NCBI GenBank assembly: GCA_016211195.1
Contig: JACQSS010000045.1
Coordinates: forward strand, 1-47,259
Direction of reading: 5' to 3'
DNA: 47,259 bases
Source: Candidatus Woesearchaeota archaeon
Lineage (GTDB): Archaea > Nanobdellota > Nanobdellia > Woesearchaeales > JAGVYF01
The notes under the pieces were generated by a model. That model was not told the origin of the DNA. It searched no databases and saw nothing but the letters and a program-made list of their open reading frames with translations. Position 1 is the first letter of the stretch, and each line of letters starts with the position of its first letter. Made by a program: the position numbers and the translations under genes. Positions 19,901 to 28,600 of this stretch are shown here, one piece after another.

Positions 19901-22900
19901 TAGATTGCCATTGCAGACAACCTGCGGCACAACATTGTCGGTCACGGCCATGGTCACATCAAGGTGTGATGTGAAGTCTCCACTCGGGAGTTCCAGTGAC
20001 GTGATATTAGTCGTCACCGTGACACCGGGTGGGACAGTGTCCACGTAGAAGGTCATGGTCCTGACTGGTTCCAGATTCTTTGCATCGTCTATTGAATAAT
20101 AGGACAGGACGTAATTCCCCGACAAGGTCTGGTCGGTAATGTCATGACTGAAAAGGTTATTCCGTGCCAGTATCGTCGGATAGGTTGCAGTGGCTCCAAT
20201 GCTGTAGAAGGTCTGTATCTTGTCCCGTGCATAGACATTGTCACGGACGGTGAACGGTATCCGGATAGCCCCCGTTGACACTTTAATGGGATTGAATAAC
20301 GTCTGTGGTGGTTCTATGTCACTATTGCAGATGGTGTCTCCGGTTGCACAGTCATCTTGTGTATCAGTGTCTGCATCCTTAATGCACTGGTTCTTTTCTT
20401 CGACCCAGCGGCACTTGCTGATATTGAACAGGTCATCACTCCTGACGAGCAGATTATGTGAACCACCCGATCGGATGGATTGGGTATAGGCCACATCAAC
20501 TTGCACATTTCTGGTCGGTGCGCATTCCCGACGTTCGCGATAGTCTGCGCAGGCAACTGTATTCTTGCCTTTGCAGAAGACACCATTGTAGTGGCATTCT
20601 CCATAGAGTGCACATGCATCAGTATCACATTTTCCGAGGAAAGCATTGAACGGATTGTCACAGCGGCTACAATCCTGTTTCTCCTTTGCTACAGGCCGGC
20701 AGACACCACCACCAAGCTCAGTGAATCTGTTGGGTAACCATTCGCATGGGCCAAGACGACATTTTGCATTGTCGGTATCGCATGCTGTTTTACTCTTGTA
20801 ATCATAACAACTATGCACAAGGGCACAGGCATAATATTTGTCTATTGGCGTACTAGTATAATCGAAGTAACAGACCGGGATATCTTTGCATGGTGTCGGT
20901 ACAGGGCTTAGACCAGTCAGGCTATAGGATGCCCGGGCAGACGGATGCAGTCCAAACGCGCCAAGAGGATCATTGCAGTCATCACACGGGCTCTGGAACG
21001 CACATTTGGTGCTGCCATCACTGAATGGGCCGATGCATGCAAAGCCAGCCGTTTGGGTACAGTTCTCAATCATGCCTTTCCTGTTTTCGGTATCACAGCC
21101 AAAGCGTGCTTTGTCCTGACAGAATTCTGTGGTCCGTTCATAACAATCCTTGTCACCAGACATTTTGCATTGGATGGCAGACTCCTTATCCGTAATAGGA
21201 TTTATCTGCGCCGCATCGTATTTCGCAACAACCTTGTAACAGTAATTGGTGTTGTTAACAATATCCTTGTCATCAAATGTCAGTGTCTGGAGATTAGTGG
21301 CAATCATAGACCAAAGGTCAGGGCGTGTTTTGCATTCATTCTCCGGCTTATCGCACCGAAGCACATAGTAATAGCTGGGGAGACAAACGGAACTGGGTTC
21401 AAGCTTCCAGGTCAGAGCAAGTTGGCGCTGATAGCGTTGAGTGACAATAGGATTAAGGGTGGGGTCTATTGGATTCTGGTTACAGGAGACAGGGCATGTA
21501 CAATTTGCATGAGAACATTGTCCGGGGCATGCAGCGTCAAGTCTAGCTACAGATGGTGGATTTCCCTTGTCACAGTCTTCGTACACGTCGATTTTTCCGT
21601 CGCCGCAGACAAAATCACGTTTGCAGGTGCATGCATTGGGGCGTTCACTGGGAATACAGGCGAATCCGCCACAGCCGACATTGTCTGTTCCGTCGCATTG
21701 CTCATTGCCTTCACGGACATTGTTGCCACAAACCGGTGTGATAGGGATGCATTGGCAGCTTGTCGAATTGCACCGTCCGGAGCACGCAAGATCAAAGCCA
21801 CCCACTTTGTTGTTATTTGCGTCGTACCGCGCATCGCATTGTTCATTGCCCCGCGGCGGGCCATGGATGATAAGGTCACCGCAGGTCACCGGGCACATGC
21901 ATGCATTTGGCCCTGCAGTCCCACACCGGCCCGGACACAAACGGGAATCGCTCCCATCGCATTCCTCAAACTTGCCGTCTTTGTTCGGCAGTTGCGTAAT
22001 GTTGTCTCCGCAGACGCCGCCGGGCTGGCAGGTCGCATCAGTGACACATGCCGGGTCAAGGCAGTCAGTTGCACCATTGCAGTCATTATCAATACCATCG
22101 CTGCATGACTCGGTCGACGGCGTATAGGGGGGAGGTGGGGACCCTGCACGGTTCCTGATATTGCGGCGCAGCACATTACAAGAAGCGTCACATGCATTTG
22201 CATAGCCGTTTTCGTCCTCATCTGCATTGCCAGCATCATTGCACACTTCCTGTGGTGCAGTAACAGCGGGCAAAAACACATTGAAATTCACCACATGACG
22301 GTCAAGCACGACCACACTCCGGTTGATGAATGTCTCGTAACCGGGCTTGGAGACTTGGATCTGGTACGTTGCAGGAGACAATTGCCCGATGCTCCAGCGT
22401 CCATTTTCATCAGTCGTGTTAGACGGTCCATTGAGTATTGTTACTGTCGCATTCGCAAGGGGTGGTGCTGTACCACCGGGTGTGCGACCATAGACGACTC
22501 CTTCAAGAGAATAAGTCGTCACTGGAGCGCATGCTGCTGGGCATTGGTTTTGGGCAGCATGCACTGAATTGGTTGGCCTGCAACAGAAAGGGTTCTGGCT
22601 TGTGGTATTCACCGACCCGCAGGCGCAGCCCAAATAGTTGTCCTGTATCTGGGCACTGCAATCAAGATTTGGACATGCCGGTGGTCCAATACCGCACTTG
22701 CTGTTACAGATGACATTATTGGTCACGCCCGGGAAATGCTGCTGGCCCTGTGCACCGCATTTTACTTTCTCGACGCCGACCGTTGCAGAGCCTGCCTGGC
22801 AGCAGCAGCCCGTTACACAGCGTTGGTCATTAAGACTAGCGCAGGTCTGGCCCCCGGTGAATTGGCCACCAGCTGCTGCGCATTCGCTGCTTGTCTTTGC

Positions 22901-23026
22901 ATCCTGGCAACCACCTGTTGCTGAAATGCAGCACCCAACACTCTGTGCAGTGACCGGCGAAAGAGTAACATAGAGCCCTAGGAGAGACAAACTAAGAAAC
23001 AACAATAAGAAAAGCTTCTGCTTCAT
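13913..23026 (-). CDS. Giant (3037 aa) Cys-rich, Ca-binding-repeat surface adhesin-like type I membrane protein
   Basis: The signal peptide is MKQKLFLLLFLSLSLLGLYVTLSPVTAQS. A CarboxypepD_reg-like domain follows (YSLEGVVYG...ENGRWSIGQLSPATYQIQVSKPGYE). There are four CG(D/N)x6-10E(E/Q/D)CD repeats of the Myxococcus Cys-rich type, an Fn3-like domain and many Ig-like modules. Thrombospondin-type-3-like repeats (DTDQDGVPDSTDIC, DRDVDGVPDLEDKC, DTDGDGVPDSTDKC) lie at about nt 14850-15260. The TM helix VLPLVLLFFGLLLIAAGVGYLVY is at nt 14750-14818, followed by a 278-aa charged cytoplasmic tail. Confidence 0.9.
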   Translation of the reverse strand: MKQKLFLLLFLSLSLLGLYVTLSPVTAQSVGCCISATGGCQDAKTSSECAAAGGQFTGGQTCASLNDQRCVTGCCCQAGSATVGVEKVKCGAQGQQHFPGVTNNVICNSKCGIGPPACPNLDCSAQIQDNYLGCACGSVNTTSQNPFCCRPTNSVHAAQNQCPAACAPVTTYSLEGVVYGRTPGGTAPPLANATVTILNGPSNTTDENGRWSIGQLSPATYQIQVSKPGYETFINRSVVVLDRHVVNFNVFLPAVTAPQEVCNDAGNADEDENGYANACDASCNVLRRNIRNRAGSPPPPYTPSTESCSDGIDNDCNGATDCLDPACVTDATCQPGGVCGDNITQLPNKDGKFEECDGSDSRLCPGRCGTAGPNACMCPVTCGDLIIHGPPRGNEQCDARYDANNNKVGGFDLACSGRCNSTSCQCIPITPVCGNNVREGNEQCDGTDNVGCGGFACIPSERPNACTCKRDFVCGDGKIDVYEDCDKGNPPSVARLDAACPGQCSHANCTCPVSCNQNPIDPTLNPIVTQRYQRQLALTWKLEPSSVCLPSYYYVLRCDKPENECKTRPDLWSMIATNLQTLTFDDKDIVNNTNYCYKVVAKYDAAQINPITDKESAIQCKMSGDKDCYERTTEFCQDKARFGCDTENRKGMIENCTQTAGFACIGPFSDGSTKCAFQSPCDDCNDPLGAFGLHPSARASYSLTGLSPVPTPCKDIPVCYFDYTSTPIDKYYACALVHSCYDYKSKTACDTDNAKCRLGPCEWLPNRFTELGGGVCRPVAKEKQDCSRCDNPFNAFLGKCDTDACALYGECHYNGVFCKGKNTVACADYRERRECAPTRNVQVDVAYTQSIRSGGSHNLLVRSDDLFNISKCRWVEEKNQCIKDADTDTQDDCATGDTICNSDIEPPQTLFNPIKVSTGAIRIPFTVRDNVYARDKIQTFYSIGATATYPTILARNNLFSHDITDQTLSGNYVLSYYSIDDAKNLEPVRTMTFYVDTVPPGVTVTTNITSLELPSGDFTSHLDVTMAVTDNVVPQVVCNGNLTRENTILQPVLNTGLRNLPITQHTVQYAGLPDDDYVFAFECIDRAGNLQTGQQRITVRGDQSVTDPLPNMTLAFNQNIELSVRTPEPATCKYSDSTNDFSRMNFTFVSFADGEKIKHTSRVFVPGLQTSKVYFVRCFFPRMNKIRGNASSIRFAVDMVPPRTTVNYNGEFLRGQTSFQLSCRDPELVENNFHWEFGCAKTYFCLGLGCNATTEYRSSIILNTTTPLTFYSIDKGGNKEPAQTVIPSIDGTPPSFIFSILDILPTPHVVTTVTRLFPPNYIINITASEPLMNITELFFTYPNGTVSLLNVTPPYPVNIEKTEWHAQLALFNIRNVNAPAQFGIRAFDQNRVPGVAITQGRDFRIDTRIADPPTFDPPIATYMNLKGGIYYTNGAQPIMPGYTKLQEMYVNYYLGLFPDQQRLVHVYREPETHVLVQPTIDIDTLQGATSVKLRQELPISTDHFVEFLYVNDTSGGHFRSYPPYKDFYRITNVQRSGGTTLIDVSPALEAPVFSNKIISVFDQPRRPDRFTGSINLSNTYNYLRLNAYQTPFNPTPFTPVHSIFYDYTPPELIDYVPIEGTIGNPSQVLTVKIRELKAGSGIESFRVYVNGVRLIEAPQAISDTENQDYVVQSLSHRDTFNQPRYDVMVRANDSAGNQLDYNYTFYFVANTPDPPVFSIPSGKKVNNKWYVKDTPAAVHLNFSQDVIIKLPLAENVIDQTTIAGGPRGFSGQLRALADGEYSLQAEAFLLGQAAPGKWNFTFVVDKASPSFSLDFPRRARSGRTIRIIARVANERGDVNASLLLGAYRINETFVTPAQTVGMSRTAQDLYAYDFAIPADVPHGVKIPIQVTLRDLVDNLQQLSGEIEIDNIVPGIEVTRVLADRVISFTVGEDIFYHVRDNDDRVTLEGTANKVLSLQYFKETLQPVPLVNNRFSLPIRLVSIDGETVPNFVTFTGQDQETGDSIIFIAKLVSDKQPPSPPVITVSDLENGKVKTPLPVFTVSYNEPVRILAVSLKENAAVTFASSTTDNQTFRFMVQQPLVNRQYTFQIKAEDVLGNAQRSFSELSFQLQANDTEIILVKPRHGAATAIPTDIEVATTRYATCSYAFSATGAYTRFTETGLDQQKLVHRIPGFSQFSATQATPFYVKCNDGLKDMTATFALTVDGRAPQITKAVADPAMIIQQPLQTKLKVETDEVTVCKYSKTSTNYDQMAFFATEDALKRNTYKLAHEQMITLPTVEAGVHTYNVNCEDPASNRAGNRQISFTLVDQELTVAFEEPQAVIGDARVIVKVKTNKDAECTYAFNGTQPMQGNQKDHTLDLGVLPEGRYSGSATCKSFSDIFGARLQEKTASHSFILDLSPPVLNALTVSNASCPDKRTGLYSMTATFNGADNESDIDSYIYTIATVDRSQFIIPDTNSVSSQVFLSRLNFSVGESYVFAVAARNKLNRTSQVLISEPIVVYGNRSQQCLESKPPEISIDVKQTPRGISVGVICKDDTGCDPSTIKYGLSSDTSCTPTLAYTGPLEVSASKTICVIACDTLGNCVTAPVTKQLAFLDADLDSIPDWADKCANTAAGDVVDVDGAFIGCSDVQKVKDTDQDGVPDSTDICADTLTGETVDAKGCSDAQRAADRDVDGVPDLEDKCPDQSGPKDNFGCPKPEADTDGDGVPDSTDKCPATEAGILVDETGCEAKKPTKVLPLVLLFFGLLLIAAGVGYLVYKKYYYEPPKVERASETLATENLQALEAQRRLDEQKQYLEEKRREEIRQRLAQREEERKKLFAGFEKPAERPTAEVKEKVTPLVLEKKYVERTPLMTDVFTRLTKLGREDVFARLDEIIKQDERQQFHKLIAVPKEDIPKEKIFDELAKESGVDREKPKPVSYEELRNVTHPKVEPEKNLAKQMLSATEKEEIRKTVHEEIKKLQEKKTITRQDIIDFISALPKNERIDYHVTQVLLAYLLHHKKMTTEDASTILVELEKKNVLLAEDIADILFHLHLR

Positions 23027-23082
23027 CTCCTCACCATGCCTTTTTTCTCGACGCTAAACCGGAGAAGTCAAAAGCATGAGGG

Positions 23083-23090
23083 TATTTAAA
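23083..23090 (-). promoter_or_regulatory. Internal TATA box (minus-strand TTTAAATA) ahead of the 3037-aa gene
   Basis: It sits in the 80-nt gap between genes. This is the same 8-mer as at 31857-31864. GGTGAGGAG lies immediately upstream of the ATG at 23026. Confidence 0.45.
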
Positions 23091-23105
23091 GCTATTGGTG
23101 AGTCC

Positions 23106-25634
23106 TTATGATTTCTGGCACTGGTCAGTACAGAAGCGCCCATCACGGGTGTCAACTGTTCCGGGAGCAACGCCATTACATTCTATAGTGGTGCATTGGC
23201 ATTCATCAGCATAGGTACATCCACCAGCACCATCACATCGTGCTTTACAGACAAGGAACTCATTTCCTGTATTTGTGTCGTACGTATTCGGCGCACCCCG
23301 TGCACTAGCGGGCCTGAGATTTGTATTGCAGAACCCAGTTGCGGTAGGGTCCTTCATGAACGTCTTTTCAAGCGTGTCGCCGGGCTTGTAGGGGAAGCAG
23401 CCGCTGGTCCCTTTGTCAAAACAATTGTCTTTTGTCACGCCCGCCGGACCAAAACAGCGCTCAGTCTGCCCCTGTGCAAGGTCATCTCTGCATGCCTCTT
23501 TGAACGTAATGGTATAGTCAGCCAGCCCCCCACAGATATTTCCTCGATTGCCGGAGCATCGTTGCGCAAAAGAGAGTTCGTAGATGTCATTTTCATCCTG
23601 AGGAGTTGGCGAATTGACTGTCATCGTCGGCTGCTGGCTGAACGGGTTGACAGCACCACTGACATCCACCTGCACGGCGTGGACTGCCTTAGACGAGTCA
23701 AAGCCGGGCAGATTTGGGCTACAGATAAGTTTTTGTGTGCCATAACAGACTTTGCTTGGCGGGCTGTAGCTCCCCCAATTCTCGACACGCTGACCCATTG
23801 CCACTTTCTGTCCCTCATAAGGGTCACCTTCACAACAGACATGCGGTGCATAAAATGAGTCTCCCTTTGTGAAGGGATACGGGGGATTAGCATCGGGGTT
23901 TGACGGATCATAATTCTGGACGCCAGTCTGCGACGCATTCGCGTCCCAATGGGGGAGACACTGAAAGACTTTAAGTTTGTCAAAGTCGAACTCGAACTGA
24001 CCCCCTTTGAACTTGACACGGTCGCCCGCAGCGGTAAACGGTTGAAGACGAATGGTCGCAATGGACGGATTTGGTGGCATAATAAATTGTGGCCGGTCCG
24101 TTTTATAGACTTGATAGGGTTGCTGGCCAAACTGGCTGAACAATCTCCATTCGAATTCCTTCCCGCAGTCCCAAAAGATACAACGCACGATTGCTTCGAG
24201 GACAAAGGGGTCTTCAATGGACGCAAGGTTTGGTGGCAGGTCATGATAGATGCTCTTCCCCGTGAGGTTAAAATAGGGCTTGTCCCGGACAAAGACAGTG
24301 ACGTCTTGATAATCTGTCATATTCTGCCTGTCAGAGACACTAACGCGAACGACATGCCTGCCGATGTCTGTATGCGTCATAAAGATGCTCGCATTGCGTA
24401 ACGTCTGCTGATATAGGGCAGATTGTGTCCAGTTGCGCACAGTCTCTGGTCTTCGTTGGACGCATTGCTGAGGATTTGTCCGGAGATACGGGCAGTTTTC
24501 ATCAAAATGCTCGGCATAGTCTTCCTGCCAGAAGCCATATGAGTAGTGCACGGGTGCTTCTTCGTCAGGGTCGATGCCCGACGGATGGAGCTTGAGCTCA
24601 TTGTTCTCTTCAACCAGAATATCGTACTCAAAGAAGGTAGGACCTGTTTCGTGAATCCATTCAAGTGCCGGAATACGGTTTTCACGGCTGAACTGGAAGA
24701 GATAGGGCTTACCATCAAGGTTAGAGAGAGTATCAGATAATGCAAGAATGTCATCAAAGACCTGCCCTTTGCACGTGGGGCACGCATTTTGCACTTTGTG
24801 CAAGACAAAACCCCCCTTGAACTCGGGCAGAGAGGAACCATCTTTCAACGGATCGAAGTAGGGATTGACACTATCCTGCTTGATGAGTGCCTTGGCAAAC
24901 TCATGGATTGCTTTCAATCGGACAGGAACTTTTATTGAAGAGGTGAACAGGTCTGTCTGTCGTTTTTTGTCTGCTGTTGCAAAGGCAATGGGATACTCCA
25001 TGCTACTGGTCACGTCAGTATTGCCAATGGTGATATTTGCCAGCAAGGGGGCAATGGCGTGTGCCTCTCCCGGCAGTGAAGTAAAATTAATGCATGTTAT
25101 TGTCTGGTTAACAACATACGCAGTCAGTTGTTGCTGGAGTGACGTGGCTATTTCATAGCTTTCACACGGACGATAGAAGGCTGTCGCATTGAGGCGATTC
25201 GGACCTGAAGGATCACAGAGACCGTGCAGTTGGTCCCGGCCATAATAGGGAAAATCCATCTTATCCAACCTCCCAGCATAGGGATAGGCAGGAACCGGTG
25301 CCGGTGGATAGGTGGGGGAATACGGCGGTTCACGCAGGCCATACGCAACGGGGTTGTTGAAGAAGAGGAGTGTGGCATCTTCCCGCCGGAGCAACGGCAG
25401 ATAGCCGCCATGAAGTCCAATTTTAGTGAGCCCATCCTTTGTGCTCTTCTCAAGACAAGATTGGATAAGTGATTTGATAACCAGATATGTTTCAGTATGC
25501 GCAGCGCTGGTTTCTGTCTCCTTCGCTGTCTGCTCCTTGACTGAGGACGCAACGAACAAGAGGAAGAGGACACTGATTGCAAAGACAATTCCAAGAAGCA
25601 CAAAGAGTGTCAACTGTGCGCGTTTCGCGTTCAT
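23106..25634 (-). CDS. Large (842 aa) pilin-like protein with class III signal and Cys-rich C-terminus
   Basis: The N-terminus is MNAKRAQLTLFVLLGIVFAISVLFLLFV. It matches the KRGQLTLFSILGIMLLLFV start of gene 45869-46639, and the following ...IKSLIQSC.. / ..IKAFVDSC.. segment is shared. The ATG overlaps the stop of the 2062-aa gene by 4 nt. Confidence 0.75.
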   Translation of the reverse strand: MNAKRAQLTLFVLLGIVFAISVLFLLFVASSVKEQTAKETETSAAHTETYLVIKSLIQSCLEKSTKDGLTKIGLHGGYLPLLRREDATLLFFNNPVAYGLREPPYSPTYPPAPVPAYPYAGRLDKMDFPYYGRDQLHGLCDPSGPNRLNATAFYRPCESYEIATSLQQQLTAYVVNQTITCINFTSLPGEAHAIAPLLANITIGNTDVTSSMEYPIAFATADKKRQTDLFTSSIKVPVRLKAIHEFAKALIKQDSVNPYFDPLKDGSSLPEFKGGFVLHKVQNACPTCKGQVFDDILALSDTLSNLDGKPYLFQFSRENRIPALEWIHETGPTFFEYDILVEENNELKLHPSGIDPDEEAPVHYSYGFWQEDYAEHFDENCPYLRTNPQQCVQRRPETVRNWTQSALYQQTLRNASIFMTHTDIGRHVVRVSVSDRQNMTDYQDVTVFVRDKPYFNLTGKSIYHDLPPNLASIEDPFVLEAIVRCIFWDCGKEFEWRLFSQFGQQPYQVYKTDRPQFIMPPNPSIATIRLQPFTAAGDRVKFKGGQFEFDFDKLKVFQCLPHWDANASQTGVQNYDPSNPDANPPYPFTKGDSFYAPHVCCEGDPYEGQKVAMGQRVENWGSYSPPSKVCYGTQKLICSPNLPGFDSSKAVHAVQVDVSGAVNPFSQQPTMTVNSPTPQDENDIYELSFAQRCSGNRGNICGGLADYTITFKEACRDDLAQGQTERCFGPAGVTKDNCFDKGTSGCFPYKPGDTLEKTFMKDPTATGFCNTNLRPASARGAPNTYDTNTGNEFLVCKARCDGAGGCTYADECQCTTIECNGVAPGTVDTRDGRFCTDQCQKS

Positions 25635-28600
25635 TGGACAACAGGGAGAAGGGGATTTGCTTCTGTCAACCGGACAGTGACAGGGAAGGGCACGCGCAAT
25701 TGACGATTATATTCATCAGTGCATTGGACATAATAGGTGTAAGGTGACAGATAGACATTCTGGCAAATATTGCGGGCGCAGTAGTTCGGGTTCTGGGACA
25801 CTGCAGCACGGCACATGGCCCCCCGGAAGCTGCTGATAATAGCATCGCATTTGGTGATGTCACGCGCCTGGATGGCCAACTTGAAATTGGTATCATCAGG
25901 GTCAGTTGTTGGTACGTTTTGGCCATTTTTGATGGGGAGATAGTTCTCATTGAATTCTTTATTGCAGCTATCTTTCTCCTGGAGATTAATAACATTGGAA
26001 CATCTGTTCGTTGTCGTACCAACGCTGACACATGCCCAATACCGTGCATTGGTAGAAGTCCGTATTTCAGTCGGATTCTCAGGAGGTCCGATAATCTCAA
26101 ATCCGCTTGCATCATTGGCGCAGGTGGCTAATTGTACATCTGTTTTGGGCTTCAATGACAATGGTGTCCGGTGAGCCCGTCGGTCTCCAGAGAGCATCAC
26201 TTGGCCGTTTGTCAGCCCGCCAACATCGGACACAGCCACGCACGTCGCAATTCTTGAGGTGTTGACATGGAGCTCAAAAGATAAGGAATTCAATCTCTCG
26301 TCGGATGCCGGAGAAAAGTCCACCACATTAATCCGGATATTGTCATATGTAAACTCAAGCCGGTACGACTCCTGCATGGCATTGCCAAAGGAGTCCTTGC
26401 ACCGGAGATAGAGAGTGTTTGCTCCAATGGCAGCATTGATGACTCCCGTGTGGATGAGAGCCGCTCCATCAGCAGTTGAGCTCATTTCATCAAATGGCTT
26501 GTCCTCTGGTCCATACTTGCACGTTGCTGCTTTGTCTGTGGTCATATTCAAAATGGTATTCACAATGACTATTGTCCCATTTGCCGGGAATGTTGTCATA
26601 ATCCGAGGACCTGCAGGAATGAGTGGTTCTGCATCATCACCGTCCTGGATGCCGTCATTGTCTGTATCCTGATTTTTCGGGTCTGTGTGTTTAATGTATT
26701 CGTCCTTATTTTTCAGTCGGTCATTGTCCAGATCGCCATCTCCATCTGCAGCATTCTTTGGATTGAACCCGTAATAAAGTTCCCAACCATCCCCCATGAG
26801 ATCTCCGTCTGTGTCTTCTTTAATGGGATTCGTGCGGTGCGTATTGATTTCAGTCAGGTCATTCATCTCAGTGGTCTTGAAACTATCTCCGTCTGTGTCT
26901 GCCAATGTCGCATTGGTGATGAAACCCATTGTGCCCTTTATCTCCTCCGGATCCAGTATCCCGTCCTTATCCGTATCCCGGTCTATGGGACTGGTGTGAT
27001 GAGTGTTGGCTTCTTCACCATCAGATAAGCTGTCCTGATCGCAATCTGTCACAAACTGGCATCCTTTTGGCTCAATCCGGTCGAGCAGGCCATCATTATC
27101 ATCATCATCATCAATGCACATTAGGTCAGTGGGTGAGCTACAATCTGCTTTGAAGCCAGTGCTGGAATCTTTCGCCTGTCTGCCCGGCAGGAAATCGTCT
27201 GGTTTCCCGTCCCCATCATTGTCATGGGCTACTGCTTTGTCTGTCGGGAATTGATCGAGATTATTCGGAACGCCATCCTTGTCGGAATCCAATTCGCACA
27301 GGTCCCCAAATCCATCACGGTCATTGTCTTCCTGACCAGGATTTGCAATCAGCCGGCAATTGTCGTCACATCCTGTTGTCTGCCCGGGGGTGCATGGATG
27401 GTTCCCTTCTATAAAGTCGCTGTCGCCTGAGTCAGGGACATTATCACCATCATCATCAGCATCACATCCATCTGGTGTTCCATCCCTATCTGCATCCACG
27501 ACACGGTGTGTGAAGTCATTGATACAGATAGTCCGTGACACCGTTGATGCTTTGCCATTAAGTCCGATTGTCAGTAATCCAATTTTGTGGAAGCCTTCCT
27601 TGCGTTTGAACAGCACATTGACGTCCTGTTCAACAAGATTGCGTCCGAATACTTCACCTTTGACGTCTGTCCCTAATTGGTCAAGGTCCCAATAATACGA
27701 TTGGACAGAAGGATCTTCCTGAGCACGCAAGGTGAACTTTGTGGTTGTTGACAGCTTTTCCCCTTCCTGCGGCACGAGCATGACTGCTAATGGTCGACTA
27801 CCGCTGATCTCCTTCTGGAAGAGCCGTGACTTGGCTGTTGCATCAAGCCAGACCATAAACCCGGCCTGTTCAAAGGAGGTCACAATATATGTGGGCAATT
27901 CCTGCTCCGCTGCCAGTGTCGGCGTACATTGCAGAACCGAGAATGTGCTGACGCCTTGCACTTTGCTGCAGATATCAACAGTGAAGTTGAAGAAGTTGAC
28001 ATTCAGATAGGGTTTGGTGAATTCAACAACCTCTTCGACACCAAGGATGGACCGTGGCTTGTTATGCGCAAGGTAGATGCGGTTGAACTGCCGTAGGCTC
28101 TTGAGGAAATCTCCCTGCAACTGTCCTAGTGTCCCAATGGCTTCCTGCCTGACTGGTCTAATGACACGCATGATAACGTCAACGATTGTTTGGATGGGGT
28201 GGCTAAAGAACTGCCAAAACAAGGCTTTCCCATCCAAGGGACCAATTCCGTCAATGCCAAATTCTGTATACAGTGCAAGGCCCGTGACATTGTTATACCA
28301 TAACCGGTTATCACCGGACTTGCATTGATGGAACAAACCGTCATCATCAGTCCCGTCTGCACACGTTTCAATAGTAGGTGCCTGATGTGCATTGAGAATA
28401 GTGATGAATTTACCCATGTTCGCGGTGTGGGGGGTATTCAATGATGTTCCGATGAGCGAGCGTTCTGCAGTGCCTTCCTTATAGCGCAGCACACAGAAGT
28501 TATTTGCACCAGCATCATTTGCAAGGAAAGACAATGCAGGTTCATATTCAACATGGTTGAGCGCTTGTGCATATTCGTCACAGAAGAGAACATAATCATC

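Noticed and set aside
20945-22108. A 387-aa plus-strand ORF, and several others of 60-240 aa, lie inside the 3037-aa gene.
   Set aside because: They lie antisense or out of frame within a gene whose minus-strand product has coherent domain architecture (signal peptide, Cys repeats, Ig modules, TM). The alternative products are Cys/Arg/Ala-rich and low in information.
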